Source: Schizochytrium sp. TIO01 (Eukaryota; Protista; Bigyra: Labyrinthulomycetes). From it: 64,000 nt of DNA. The notes under the pieces were generated by a model. The model was given only the letters and a program-made list of their open reading frames with translations, searched no databases and was not told the DNA's origin. The translations under genes and the position numbers were made by a program. The stretch is from the NCBI GenBank assembly GCA_004764695.1, contig SMSO01000037.1, forward strand, positions 844,747 to 908,746, written 5' to 3'. Shown piece by piece: positions 52,146-64,000 of the stretch (position 1 is the stretch's first letter; each line of letters begins with the position of its first letter).

Positions 52146-55100
52146 ATGTCGCAAAGCACCAACGGTGATGGTGGCAATGGAGCCAAGAACAAATGGGTGC
52201 TGGTAAATCAAGTCAAATTGCTACTTTGGAAGAATTATGTTCTTAAAAAGCGACATTTGGTATCTACGCTCAGTGAAATCCTGCTTCCGATTGCATTTGT
52301 TTTGCTCGTGGTCTGGTTGCAGACATTAGACCCAGATAAGCAGCTTTCAGAGCAACATTATACTTGCCCGAGGAGAACTCCATTGAGTCCAACGGTGCTC
52401 TTCCCAGTTGACCCAGATGACCATGAAAACTTCGTTCTCGAGCTCAGCACGGAAGGCTTTGGACCGGGACTTATGACGGTGCCTCCACTAGCGTACTTGT
52501 CAATGATTGCAACTAAGATTGAACATGTTTTTGCATTAGTACCTGGTAACCCAAATGATCCTGAACAGCTAGCTTGGCTTGACCATTTTGAGGATCAGCT
52601 CGACAATTGGACGTCTGCTTTCGATGATGATGCATGGCAGTCTCTCTCAAACTTTTCCCGCCACAAGCTTGGATTTGGATTTTGCCGCTTTAAAAAACTC
52701 GTCAAACGCTTTGAATCTGCTGAAGCACTTGAAAAATATGTAAAGGGAGACTCATACGGCACAGCTGCTTGGCCACGGGGTCATATATGCCCTGATGATG
52801 AGTTCATGAAAAGCCCACGGCTCCACATGGCTCTCATCCTCGATAAGATCGGTACTGGTGACGATGATTGGGCGTACACCATCCAAACCAATTTCTCTGT
52901 TGTCCCTCTGACATACCCTAAGATTGGCCTCACAAGTCGAATCAACGTGGGCGTAAACGAACTGTACACTGACCAGTACATGATGTCTGGATTTCTCACC
53001 ATGCAACAGGCTGTAGACCGTGTTATCATCAACAAGCCAGTTGGAAGTGAAGAAGACATCAATGCCCTTGCACTGCAGCAGGTCTGTGACTCAATTGACC
53101 CTCTTCGCTCCTTGATTGAAAAGTACATCCCCTCAGAATTGCTTCATGATGCAAATTGCACGAAGCTCTTACGCTCGCTGCTTTCGATGCAAGACATAGA
53201 CCTGACCCCATTTACGGCTCCTGTGCGCTATGCTCCAAACAATCTACGCATCGCCGAGTTTCCTACACCAGCAATGATGGATCGCCCCTTTTATCGGAAA
53301 ATTAAAAACGTCTTTGGACTCGATTTGGTTTTGACCTTTCTGTGGCCAATATCTCGCCTCATTCGTGGTATTGTACACGAGAAGGAAACTCGATCCCGAG
53401 AAGGCATGCGGATGATGGGTTTACGATATTCCGCATTGTACTGGTCTTGGTTTTTGACTTACGGTTTGCTGTTTTTTGTCATTTCTGCAGCAATTACGGC
53501 TATCGCACATGTCCACTTGTTCTCAAGTAGTGATCCAATCCTCATCTTTGCTTACTTTTTCTTGTTTTGCATGAGCATTATCGCTTATTGCTTCATGGTG
53601 TCTGTGCTATTTAATCGTGCCAAAACAGCCTCAACGGCAGGCGTCGTTTTGTTTTTTGTTGGATTCTTCCCGTTTTTTGCAGTAAATAACAAGAATGCTA
53701 CAGCTTCAGCCAAGACGTTTGGTGCGCTTCTCTCTCCCACGGCTTTCGGTATCGGTGCTTCCACCATTGCAACATACGAAGCAGGTGGTCTCGGTGTGAG
53801 ATGGTCAAATGCCTTTGAAGCTCCGAATGAACAAGAAATCCCGTTCATGCAGATCCTTGGCACTATGGTGCTAGACCTTTTCATTTACCTTTTACTCACT
53901 TTCTACCTGGATCAGGTAATTCCTCAAGAATTCGGCGTAGCTCGTCCATGGAACTTTTTATGTACTCGCAGATTCTGGAGTGGTAGCTCACACAAGCCTC
54001 ATGTTGCAGTGGAAGATCTTGATCTCGAAAACGCCTCTGCACCAAGTGAATTCGTGGAGGATCTTGCAGGGGAACAAAAACGTCTTGAGTCCAGCGGTCG
54101 TTGTGTGAAACTTGATAAACTCACCAAAGTATATAACCCTTCAGGAGATGATCAAAAGGTTGCTGTTGACCAGCTCGATCTGACTATGCTTGAAGGGGAG
54201 ATTTTTGTTTTGCTGGGTCATAATGGTGCGGGCAAGACCACAACTATCAATCTACTAACGGGTCTTTTACCTCATACCGGGGGACGAGCCTCTGTTTTTG
54301 ATTGTGACATTGGTTCTGAAATGGACGAGATTCGACAAAAGCTAGGTGTTTGTCCCCAGCACGATGTGCTCTTTCCAGAACTGACTGTCGAGGAACACTT
54401 GCAGTTCTTTGCTTCTCTCAAACGCGTCAAAGATATTGGTGCTGCAGTTGATGCGCAAATTACACATGTTGGTCTTGACGAGAAGCGCCACGTTGCCGCT
54501 GCTAATCTTAGTGGCGGGCAAAAGCGGAAGCTTTCCGTAGCTATTGCACTTTTAGGAGATAGTAAATTTATTGTTGTCGATGAGCCTACGTCTGGCGTAG
54601 ACCCCTGGTCCCGACGTGCAATCTGGCAAGTTTTGCAGGAATCTCGTCAAGGCCGCGTGATTCTTCTCACTACTCACTTCATGGACGAGGCTGATATGTT
54701 AGGTGACCGAATTGCGATCATGGCTGATGGACGACTTCAATGCTGCGGAACGTCACTTTTCTTGAAGTCTAAGTATGGAATTGGTTACACACTCACATTC
54801 TCTACTTCCCCTGCCGATGCGGAGGACTCCGGTGCACGTAGTGTTCAGCAGGACAACGATCGAAAACGTCTTGGCAAGGCTATTCAAAAGCACATTCCTG
54901 ATGCTGAAGTTTATAGCAGTGTTGGGTCTGAAGTGGCTGTACGAGTCCCATTCAAAGCGTCCAAAAAATTCCCCGAACTTTTCGAAGATTTAGATTCTAG
55001 TCGAGAAGAACTTCGACTCGCATCGTATGGAGTCTCTGTGACAACTCTGGAGGAGGTTTTTCTCAAGGTCGCTTCGCAGAATTTTGAAAGCTCTGAAGGG

Positions 55101-58076
55101 TCTTCTCGCAGCAACGGCAATGTGCCTGCCCCATCCTCGAGTAGTATGATTGAAAACGGAGAGCATTCTGGTATGTCACATGGGACACAACAACAGCAAC
55201 AGGAGAACAGGTATCGCCGGATTTCTGTCGATGGCGATGATGCCGCTCATGACGGAGAGGACCTGGTTCAGGAAAATATTGGCTCTGGTGAAAAATTTGG
55301 ACGTCACTTCCGAGCACTTTTTCTCAAGAGATATCAGTACGCTAAGCGTGACAACAAGTCGCTGATTTGCAACACTTTCTTACCCATTGTTCTTCTTGTT
55401 ATGGGCCTTGCATTGCTCAAGGCCTTTCCCATGAAGACACCACCTGCGTTGGTATTGGACGTCGCTCAATTTAAGCAAGGATCTTCAAACATTGTTCCAT
55501 ACAATGCGACGAGCTATCGTGATGGTGACCTTCCTCTTGACTTTGGCGCTGATGTGCACCCCATCTCTGCCGCAATCAAGATGGATCGAAGCGGAACCTG
55601 CCCCGATGAGGAGGGTGGGGACATCCCTGATGGTGTTTCGTTAGCAGGTCTTTCGGATTGGGTTCTCGATCACCGTCACTCGTTTGATTCTTCCCTATAT
55701 GGGGCTGTGCATTTTGATCAAGCACGCGCAGACAAACCTATAGAGGTAACCCTGTTGGTTAATTCCACTGCGAAACACGGGCCTGCAGTATTTATGAATC
55801 TTATTGATCAGGCATTGGCTCGCCACATGTGGTCCTCGAGTAATGCCAAGATTCAGGTTACAAATCATCCGTTTCCATTCACCTCGAGATTTGTAGATCT
55901 TCTTGATAGTTTTTCTGCAGTGAGTGCAGCAATTAGCATCGTTATTGCGTTTTCTTTTGTGCCAGCCTCTGTTGCAATTTTTGTCGTCAAAGAGCGTGAA
56001 ATAAGCGCAAAACACCAGCAACTCATAAGTGGAGCGTCAACATTTGCGTACTGGCTCTCATCATACGTGTGGGATATGGTCATGTACCTTGTGCCTTGGT
56101 TTTTTTCGGTACTCGCTGTTTACGTGTTCAAGATTTCTGCTTTTGAAGGTGAAAACTTTGGGGCTGTGGCTGTTCTCTTCTTCTTGTACGGGTTAGCTGT
56201 TATGCCGTTCACCTATGTAGTCTCGTTTATGTTTGCTTCGCACTCGACGGCTCAAAATGTGGTTTTGCTTCTTAACTTTATCACCGGGCTTGTTCTCCTC
56301 ATTGCTTCGTTTGTAATGTCTTTCATTGATTCCACTCGTGATGTGAATCGCGTTCTCAAATATATTTTCCGCATGTTCCCTGGCTTTTGCCTCGGTAACG
56401 GATTGCTTGGACTCACAGTATCACATTCGGAAAAAGAATTTTTGCCAAGTGATTTTGCGAAGAGCTCTCCATTTGATTGGGATGTCACTGGCAAGGAAAT
56501 CGTTTATCTTCTTAGTTCATCGGTGTTTTATTTTAGTCTCACGATCTGCATTGACGTGGCATTAAGCTACCCGTGGGTGCGTGCAAATGTAAATGCTTGC
56601 CAACAAACCGTTGTGCGTATTGCTTCACAAGTCATTGACCCTGTTTATCGTGTTTTGTGCTGCTGTGGACTGTGCGCCCGCTCTCGTGGTGATAATTCTC
56701 GTGTTGAAGATTTGAGCACCACTAGCCCTATGTCAAGTCCCTTGCTTTCTGTATCTGATAATCGTCTTGATGTAGAAGATGAAGCGGAGGGCATAGAAGA
56801 TAAAGACGTAGCAGAAGAGCGGGACCGTGTAAACCGCGTGTATGATCAGTCCAACGATGTCATTCTGCTGAATCACCTCCGGAAACAGTACCCTGACGGC
56901 AAACTGGCTGTACGAGGTCTTAGTTTCGGAATCCCTGCAGGCGAGGTCTTTGGATTTCTGGGTTTGAATGGTGCTGGTAAAACAACAACCATGAAGATGC
57001 TCACAGGGGACATTTTACCCAGTAGTGGAACTGCTAAGCTTGTGGGTAAGGATGTTATTTATCAGCAAGGAGAATTGAGACGAATGATAGGCTACTGTCC
57101 GCAGTTTGATGCACTTTTAGAAAACCTAACGGTCCGCGAGCATCTAGAGCTATACGCACGCATTAAATGTATTCCAGAGGAGAATGTGGCACGCGTAGCA
57201 AAAACAAAGATGCGTCAACTTAACTTGGACGAGTTCAGTGAACGTACTGCAGGCAAGCTCTCTGGAGGCAATCGCCGCAAACTTAGTGTTGCTATTGCAA
57301 TGGTTGGTTCACCCCCTCTCATTTTTATCGACGAGGCATCAACTGGAATTGACGCCTACAATCGCAGGTTTTTGCTCGATGTCATAGCTGGTATTCCACT
57401 CGGAAGGCATGGAAGTCGTAAGGGTACTGTTGTACTGACATCCCATTCAATGGAAGAAGTTGAGTCATTGTGTTCTCAAGTGGGCATCATGGTAGGTGGA
57501 CAATTCTCCTGCTTTGGTTCTCTTCAGCATCTCAAGTCTCGATTTGGAAAGGGTCTCTTGGTGAATATCAAACTACGTGCACCCAGTAAAGATGAGCTGC
57601 AACAAAGCCGTGAAAAGATTAGCGCACTACTCGAGGATGAAAGTTTACCTCAGGATGCGCTTCAAAGCGCATGTGAACAATTGGGTCATGCAGACCTTGC
57701 TGCTCGCATTACTCCTTCTGATGAAACAGGCAGTTCAATTTGGTCAGCCTTAGAGCGTTCATCCAACGTTGATGTGATGTTCTTCTTAGATTGGTTCTTG
57801 GTCGAGGAGCTTCACCATGAACTTATGCAGTTTCTTCAGCAAGAGTTTACGAACGCTGAGTGTGTCGAGCGTCGTGGTCATCACTCTCGTTGGCGTCTTC
57901 AAACGGGCGAGAACAAATTGCAATTAGGCAAGGTTTTCAGTTCTTTGGAAGATGCAAAGGAGCAAACGGGAATCGTAGAATATGCTGTTTCAATGGCATC
58001 CCTCGAATCCATCTTTCTCTCGTTTGCTGCTCAGCAAGCTAGTTCGGAGCATGAGCAACACCAACACGAAAATTAG
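52146..58076 (+). CDS. ABCA-subfamily full-length ABC lipid transporter
   Basis: N-terminal QVKLLLWKN motif, two TMDs with exocytoplasmic loops, NBD1 (GHNGAGKTT/LSGGQKRK/VDEPTSG), NBD2 (GLNGAGKTT/LSGGNRRK/IDEASTG) and TTLEEVFL. First ATG is at 52146. Confidence 0.95.
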   Translation: MSQSTNGDGGNGAKNKWVLVNQVKLLLWKNYVLKKRHLVSTLSEILLPIAFVLLVVWLQTLDPDKQLSEQHYTCPRRTPLSPTVLFPVDPDDHENFVLELSTEGFGPGLMTVPPLAYLSMIATKIEHVFALVPGNPNDPEQLAWLDHFEDQLDNWTSAFDDDAWQSLSNFSRHKLGFGFCRFKKLVKRFESAEALEKYVKGDSYGTAAWPRGHICPDDEFMKSPRLHMALILDKIGTGDDDWAYTIQTNFSVVPLTYPKIGLTSRINVGVNELYTDQYMMSGFLTMQQAVDRVIINKPVGSEEDINALALQQVCDSIDPLRSLIEKYIPSELLHDANCTKLLRSLLSMQDIDLTPFTAPVRYAPNNLRIAEFPTPAMMDRPFYRKIKNVFGLDLVLTFLWPISRLIRGIVHEKETRSREGMRMMGLRYSALYWSWFLTYGLLFFVISAAITAIAHVHLFSSSDPILIFAYFFLFCMSIIAYCFMVSVLFNRAKTASTAGVVLFFVGFFPFFAVNNKNATASAKTFGALLSPTAFGIGASTIATYEAGGLGVRWSNAFEAPNEQEIPFMQILGTMVLDLFIYLLLTFYLDQVIPQEFGVARPWNFLCTRRFWSGSSHKPHVAVEDLDLENASAPSEFVEDLAGEQKRLESSGRCVKLDKLTKVYNPSGDDQKVAVDQLDLTMLEGEIFVLLGHNGAGKTTTINLLTGLLPHTGGRASVFDCDIGSEMDEIRQKLGVCPQHDVLFPELTVEEHLQFFASLKRVKDIGAAVDAQITHVGLDEKRHVAAANLSGGQKRKLSVAIALLGDSKFIVVDEPTSGVDPWSRRAIWQVLQESRQGRVILLTTHFMDEADMLGDRIAIMADGRLQCCGTSLFLKSKYGIGYTLTFSTSPADAEDSGARSVQQDNDRKRLGKAIQKHIPDAEVYSSVGSEVAVRVPFKASKKFPELFEDLDSSREELRLASYGVSVTTLEEVFLKVASQNFESSEGSSRSNGNVPAPSSSSMIENGEHSGMSHGTQQQQQENRYRRISVDGDDAAHDGEDLVQENIGSGEKFGRHFRALFLKRYQYAKRDNKSLICNTFLPIVLLVMGLALLKAFPMKTPPALVLDVAQFKQGSSNIVPYNATSYRDGDLPLDFGADVHPISAAIKMDRSGTCPDEEGGDIPDGVSLAGLSDWVLDHRHSFDSSLYGAVHFDQARADKPIEVTLLVNSTAKHGPAVFMNLIDQALARHMWSSSNAKIQVTNHPFPFTSRFVDLLDSFSAVSAAISIVIAFSFVPASVAIFVVKEREISAKHQQLISGASTFAYWLSSYVWDMVMYLVPWFFSVLAVYVFKISAFEGENFGAVAVLFFLYGLAVMPFTYVVSFMFASHSTAQNVVLLLNFITGLVLLIASFVMSFIDSTRDVNRVLKYIFRMFPGFCLGNGLLGLTVSHSEKEFLPSDFAKSSPFDWDVTGKEIVYLLSSSVFYFSLTICIDVALSYPWVRANVNACQQTVVRIASQVIDPVYRVLCCCGLCARSRGDNSRVEDLSTTSPMSSPLLSVSDNRLDVEDEAEGIEDKDVAEERDRVNRVYDQSNDVILLNHLRKQYPDGKLAVRGLSFGIPAGEVFGFLGLNGAGKTTTMKMLTGDILPSSGTAKLVGKDVIYQQGELRRMIGYCPQFDALLENLTVREHLELYARIKCIPEENVARVAKTKMRQLNLDEFSERTAGKLSGGNRRKLSVAIAMVGSPPLIFIDEASTGIDAYNRRFLLDVIAGIPLGRHGSRKGTVVLTSHSMEEVESLCSQVGIMVGGQFSCFGSLQHLKSRFGKGLLVNIKLRAPSKDELQQSREKISALLEDESLPQDALQSACEQLGHADLAARITPSDETGSSIWSALERSSNVDVMFFLDWFLVEELHHELMQFLQQEFTNAECVERRGHHSRWRLQTGENKLQLGKVFSSLEDAKEQTGIVEYAVSMASLESIFLSFAAQQASSEHEQHQHEN

Positions 58077-58512
58077 TTACTCTAGTCTGCCACTGCAAAT
58101 AGTATACTCTTTTAAGTAGTAACATAATTCCTTAGAAGTTTGATCGTATGATTGACGCCCAATTTTATACCTTTAAAAAATTAAAATTTAGAATCATGGT
58201 CCTACATGATGTCGTGTTTTTTACTTGGAACGATATTTGAATGAACTTTATCGTATGGTTTTTTGTTTTTGTTTTTGTTTTTAAGCAACAGCATTTCTAC
58301 GAACTTGAAGGCCTTCTTTGGCGGGAATTTTATGTCTCAGGTATCAGAGTAAAAAATAATAAAAATTATAGGGAGTCTCTGAGTGTTAAATTTAAATACA
58401 AAAAGAAAAAAAAAGAAAAAGAGAAAGAATTGCACAAGAAACAGTGACCAACCCAGCAGATCACCTCAAGTTGATTTCTACACGAATAAAGCTACGTTGA
58501 CGTTGACACAGC

Positions 58513-59709
58513 ATGCGGTGTTTAAAGCGACGTCCACAATATCTAGGGTGTGTGTTTCTCCTTTTGCTCTTTGCGACTTTAACAGGGACAAAAGGATTAG
58601 CAACAACAAGTTCATGTTCTTTGACGAAGTTAGGAGACAACGTCATTCAGCCTGCTGAGCAAAACGAAGAAGAGACAGGAAAAGAACCTCCTGACCGGGT
58701 TTGCACAGGAAACAATCCGCATGTTCATATCCGAAACGATGAAAATGTTCTTCCTGTTAACGGTGCACTTCTTATTGAATTAGATCGTTGGTTTCGTTCT
58801 ATTGATAGTCATAGTGGAATTGATATGGGAGCGGTAGAACTTTCGGTACAAGAGTGCTGTGGTCGGGGGATTCGTACAAAACGAGCTTTGTCTGCAGGGG
58901 ATCGATTTGCTCGAATTCCTTTACAAGCAATGGTGAATATTGAGCATGCTGTGGCTAAATTTGGGGAGGACGGTTATACAAGTGCTGAGCTTGACACCCT
59001 CACCGATCTCGAGCTTATGGCTGCATTAGTTTTACGCGAGCAAGGTTTTCTTCCTAAGGATACTTCATTTTGGGCCCCACTGTGGCATAGCTTTCCTATA
59101 AATGTGTCCTCTTCGGCTTTGTTTATGTGTGAGAAACAGCTCAACGCTGTCTCAATGAGCGTGCCACAATTTACCGCTGAAATCCGTAGCCTCCGGAATC
59201 ATTTGAGAAGTCGTTGGCAAAATTCCAGTCTGTTAAAACGCTTGGCCCCTCAGTTTCCACTCATGCTGACCGCTATTTTACTTGTACAGAGCCGCAGTTT
59301 TGGAGTTCGTATCAAAAGGCAGCAGGATGGACAGTGGCATTCAGCGTCTTGTCTAGTCCCGTTCGCAGACATGCTCAATACTGCAAGCAAAAATTTGTTG
59401 AATGCAGATTGCGCAACAGATAGGGAAAGCAGATTTTTTGAGTGCTTTGCTACTACAGATGTGTCAGCAGAATCCTTTTTGTTAGCCCCATACCATGGTC
59501 TCTCATCTCGCAGTTCATGGATCAACTATGGTTTTGTTCTTGACCCTGAAGCCTCGGAGAGTTCAGATCCTGTTAAGAGACAAGCGAGTCATTCTGGAGA
59601 TTCAAAGTCAGATCAAGGAAGCCATAGCCAGGCTAGGAACTCAAGGGCTGCAATGAATCTTTTGTACAATGCATATGAGTCATCTCTGTCTGTGTTGTGT
59701 GACGATTGA
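58513..59709 (+). CDS. SET-domain methyltransferase (Rubisco LSMT/SETD3/SETD6-like) with N-terminal hydrophobic signal
   Basis: GRGIRTKRALSAGD..ARIP, SFWAPLW..FP, VQSRSF, LVPFADMLN and Y...NYGF motifs. Confidence 0.85.
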   Translation: MRCLKRRPQYLGCVFLLLLFATLTGTKGLATTSSCSLTKLGDNVIQPAEQNEEETGKEPPDRVCTGNNPHVHIRNDENVLPVNGALLIELDRWFRSIDSHSGIDMGAVELSVQECCGRGIRTKRALSAGDRFARIPLQAMVNIEHAVAKFGEDGYTSAELDTLTDLELMAALVLREQGFLPKDTSFWAPLWHSFPINVSSSALFMCEKQLNAVSMSVPQFTAEIRSLRNHLRSRWQNSSLLKRLAPQFPLMLTAILLVQSRSFGVRIKRQQDGQWHSASCLVPFADMLNTASKNLLNADCATDRESRFFECFATTDVSAESFLLAPYHGLSSRSSWINYGFVLDPEASESSDPVKRQASHSGDSKSDQGSHSQARNSRAAMNLLYNAYESSLSVLCDD

Positions 59710-62700
59710 TAATCAAAATTCTATTATTTTTTCAATATGGTAGGTGCTTAATCGGTTGGAGGCTTAAGCAGCTATACCACGCGGTAGTTTGCTCATCAGA
59801 TTATGTACAACGACGAAAAATCACCCTGTATTTTACCTTCGAGTTGACTTTTACCAACCAGCTGTCTTCTAAAATCCAGTTGTCTTCTAAAATATGTACT
59901 TCGACTGTCGCCGTGTTGCAATATGAATGCGTGACACCAGTTCATTAGATACATCGTTGCGATGGTACTAATCTGTGCTAAACTAGGCAAACTGGAAGTG
60001 AGGAACGTCTAGGTGACAGTCGCGAGATGTCGTCCTTTTAGCTGATACATTGCAGAAACTAAAGTAGGAGAATGCACATTACCTTCTAAGATTGTGTTGC
60101 TGTGCAGAGAAGTATAAAAAAGGACTGGCTAGACTCTTTCCTTTCTCGGTGCAGTTCGTGCATGCAATGGGCTCTCACTGGTTTCTTTTTAGATTTAAAC
60201 GCGGTTTATGTCTCGCATAATTCTCGATTCCTGCCAAAGAATAAACTAGCAACTAATTTATTAATTTATATATAATTTTAATATAAGTTTTTAATGTAGC
60301 AGTAAGTTAGCAATAAAAACAGATCAAATGCGGAGCCTCTCCACCTAATGGGATGCAGGCGGAGTGCAACTACCCAAGCCTTCAGTTGCTTCCTCAGCCA
60401 AGCCGTCGCGAATCCATTCCTCGGCAGCGGAGCTCGTCCTTCGTGGAAGCGTGTTTGATTGATCCAAATTCCAATTTGTAGGTGCACCAGATGCAGGAAG
60501 AAGCAAAACAAAAAACTAGTTCCTGATATGATCATAAGAATGGAACGCATCAACGGCGCATTGTCGAGTATTTGATCTACAAACAGATCAGTACGCTTTA
60601 ATTTTGGTTCGCTCGACCATGGCATACAGGATTTCACGGACAGGAAGCATCGGACTTGCTGTTAGCGGTCCAGAAAAGAAAGTCGGCTCAGGCGATTCCT
60701 TCAAGTGCTAAAAACCAACAACACTCTCATTAGAAATGCATGCCGAAGTGCTCGTTCGCCTTCATAAACAATTGAAGTCCATGAGGCTAGTCATCGCGAG
60801 CATTCGCAAATTCATCGCGTTCGCAAAGCTGAGGGACACCATCAAAAGGAAGGTGGAGGTAGGTTAGGAGGAGGGAACAGTAGGAGGAGCACCGGCCGTC
60901 TAAATGTAAGTACTCAGGTTTGCAATTGCAATTACAACTGCAAGCGCAAGGGACCCATGAAGCAATGAAATTAACGGTATCCCTCCTGATCCTTGGGATC
61001 TTGCCTACTGACCTAGCTATCTATGCACCCAATGCAAGGAAAACAAGATCTTCGTCGCGACTCGAGAGGCGTCTGCCACGCCTTCCCAGAATTATAAAGC
61101 TTTCTGTTTTCCTCTTGAGTCTTCCTATTCCAAGGCGTTCTCTTAATTAAGTCTCTATCAGAGAATGAATGACTGTTCGAATGAATGAATGAATAACAGA
61201 GAAGAAAACACCACAAAAGTGTGCTTGCTCAGATCGGGCTCCTGTAGCTTTGATCGATTAAATCATCACTGCCAGCGCGAGTCATGCCGCCTTCCAGGCT
61301 AAACTTGCTTGCACTTCAAGTTGTGTCAAGTTATATGAATTACATTTCGATGTAAGCAAGGGCTCGGCACCCACTGCTGATGGCACTCCCTCACTCCCTC
61401 ACTCGCTCCTGAGTCCCCTAAATTCGTAGGCAGACGAATGAGACAGGAAGTTCACGTGCTGAAAATGCGAGGAGTTTAGTGAATTGAGCCATTCACGATC
61501 GTCCATGACTCCACGAGCAGCTTGATCGCCCGCTCCCTTAATTGCTTGATTGCAAAATGTTGCATAAACATGAAAATGGCCGAGCGAGCAAGCAGATTGA
61601 ATTGATCACTGCGCCAGGGATGATCTTCACGGTCTTCATCTCAGTGAAGAGCAAGTGGTTACCCAAGGTAGTTGTTGAATGCGTTCTCTAGACATGGCTT
61701 TCTCAGACAGCAGAGCTCACGTTACCGACAGAGAGAACAAAGCAATCATGACAAGTTAGGTGCTGTGCTTTACTAAAATTGAGCCCTTTTGTACGATTGA
61801 TTTCTTGCACATTAATCAGGTCGCGCGAAAGAGAATTTGGATGGCTCTCTGCAAGCTTCGGGCAATGTCTAAAGGAGAAAGCAGCCGCGAAAGTCTGCGC
61901 CCGCTCAATCGCCAACGCGATAGATTTTAGAGCCTTGAGGAACCCATTAAACACTCTATCATAGCTGAGTAACATCATAAAACAGCCGTCCCAGAGCTCC
62001 TGACAACGAGTGGCCATGGCAGCGCACAGACAGAGTCAGTCAATACTACCTAGCTATATCACATATTGAGGACTTGCGCGATTGCATTTCGCTTAACAGC
62101 TCTGGCACGAAGATGTTAAATACTAATGATCATCAAGCTCCGCACAATCATTCATTCATATCGTGGATTGTCATCGTCGTGCATAGATAGATATTCATAT
62201 TCCTTCAATCCAGACAGCCTTCAACTCGGTCTTCATGTTGGTCTGTTCGAAACGAAGCTTTCAGGTTGAGAATCCCAAGACTAATGATTTGAAGCTCGAC
62301 GATGTCATTGACGGCAGGAAAAGATATAGCGCACACCTCCTCTTAGAAATAACATCGTTAATCATAGGAACCGGTTTACCAAATCATTAACAGTTCAGGG
62401 TGCTCGCCAACCTATTAGGTAGGTTACTAAGGTGTGTTAAAAGTAATAAAAGTAATAAAATAATACAAGCATTTTATTTCTACTAACATACTAGTAGATA
62501 GCCCATTTCTATTTATTCAATTTCTTTCTTTACAAAAGTGCGTAGGGTCCCTTTTAATTGCTAAATTAAAAACAAAAAACAATGCCATAAAGTGGAGGCA
62601 GCAAAACTATTGAAAACACTCATTCTTGTCGCTAAAGACCTTGTTTTCAACGATGCGATCGTTCCATTGTGCGAGGGGAGAGGGTGGAGATCCCCCTGCG

Positions 62701-64000
62701 GGCCCGCGGCAGCGAGACCTGCTCTGCGATCGAGCCAACGGTCTGGGTGGTGGAGGCTTTATGCCTGGCAGAACCTTGAAGCAGGGGCTGAAAACTTTCA
62801 TTTTCACAGCCAGGCCAGGTACAAGAAGCAAATAGAGTTCTGGAAAGGTTCCATAATTGTTCTGCATCGCGTGCCGATGGTTTTCGATCTCAACCTCTGC
62901 ACATATACCTACTACAACTTCTGCACTTATTCACACGCTATTCTGTAGCTTCGCCAGATCAAGCGATACTGGACGAGAAAAAGGGACACAGCATCTGCCT
63001 GCGTGATACAAGTCGAAGCAGAGCTGTCAGGCTGGCAATCGATCCCTCCCTCGCACGCTTATTTCAGATAGACTTGAAAATTTTTACTTTTTACATTTTA
63101 TGAATCCTCGTCAAAATAAATTCATGTTTCTGGGGCTTACCAAACATTTCACCGCGGCATAGGTATCTAGTCTGTAGGCAGTGCAACTAGCCTCGAGTGC
63201 GAAGGAGCAAGTTTAATGAGATTGATGCTTTTAGGTGTATCACAGCTGTCATTCTGATCAGAGTATAACTTCAAGTTCTTGTAGACTCTACAAATGACGG
63301 GAGCTGTTGGTTGATTGGTAGAACCTATGCAGGTAGGTACCCTGTATGGTAGGAGCTCAAGCATTTGTTACATTAAGAATGATCCTGTTTAGCCAAGGAT
63401 GGAGCGGACCCGGACTCGATGTGGTTTCTGCCCAATACTTAGCTAGCTAGCTGAACGGGCCGCAGCCTCCTCTAATTCCAGAACATCGAGCAGCTTAACT
63501 TGAAGAAGATCAGCTACACATCTTATATTTTGCGAAACTGACGTGCGTTCGAGACTTTATTTTATTTTATTATTTTGCCATGGCCATGCGTTTATCTTAA
63601 GAGCACGTTCAAAACACTATCTATAGCCTCAAGAGTCTTTAGCAAGTGCTTGAGATACGTGCAAGTTGAACGGATTTAAGTATGTCCCTCTTCGTCAAAC
63701 TTTGAAAAAGTCAATGCAATGTGGTACAACATTACCCATCTACCTACCCCTCCATGCTTGTACCACATTTTTCTTGCCGACCAATGCATACTTCATATTC
63801 GACACGAGCAACACCATAGGCTAACTCACAGCCGCCCTTTAGAACACTGTGCTTGCTCGTCACCGCACTCTCGCGAGACATGCAGGCTCATCAGCTTGCC
63901 AAAACCCATTCTTTGATGCCACTTTCCCGAGCGATTTTATTAGTGCTGAGAGCTCGAAGGGCATGGAGCCCAAGAACTTGAGAAGACTGCTCTTCGCAAC

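Noticed and set aside
57320-57355. ABCA NBD2 Walker B/D-loop reads DEASTG rather than DEPSTG
   Set aside because: The catalytic Asp-Glu and the signature are intact, so a single substitution is not evidence of altered function.
60278-64000. Short ORFs in the last 4 kb
   Set aside because: No motifs, no convincing exon structure, and no tRNA or rRNA pattern seen.

Overview
Eukaryotic, intron-poor nuclear DNA with long single-exon ORFs and AT-rich intergenic tracts. This is most consistent with a thraustochytrid-type stramenopile, which is an inference from composition and gene style only. About 14 protein genes are supported: the 3' part of an EML/EMAP WD40 protein, a Vps68/TMEM50-family protein, a TLC-domain protein, a GDPD/lysoPLD, a MORN-repeat protein, NPRL3, a giant UBR4/BIG E3 ligase split over two overlapping ORFs, a hypothetical membrane protein, an ankyrin-LRR protein with an LRRC47-like LRR, a CAMK-type kinase, a cysteine-less mitochondrial ferredoxin (C1-FDX/NDUFX-like), an ABCA transporter and a SET-domain protein. 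The main hidden signal is not called as a gene by the ORF track. It is a ~1 kb decayed IS607-family element on the minus strand (~37183-38166) upstream of UBR4. It has a repeat-bearing left end and a serine-recombinase TnpA N-terminal relic joined by an internal deletion to the C-terminal RuvC/zinc-finger half of a Fanzor (eukaryotic TnpB, RNA-guided nuclease). Hairpins and a GG-terminated right end follow, where the omega-RNA is expected. All family assignments come from manual translation and motif recognition; no database searches were run.
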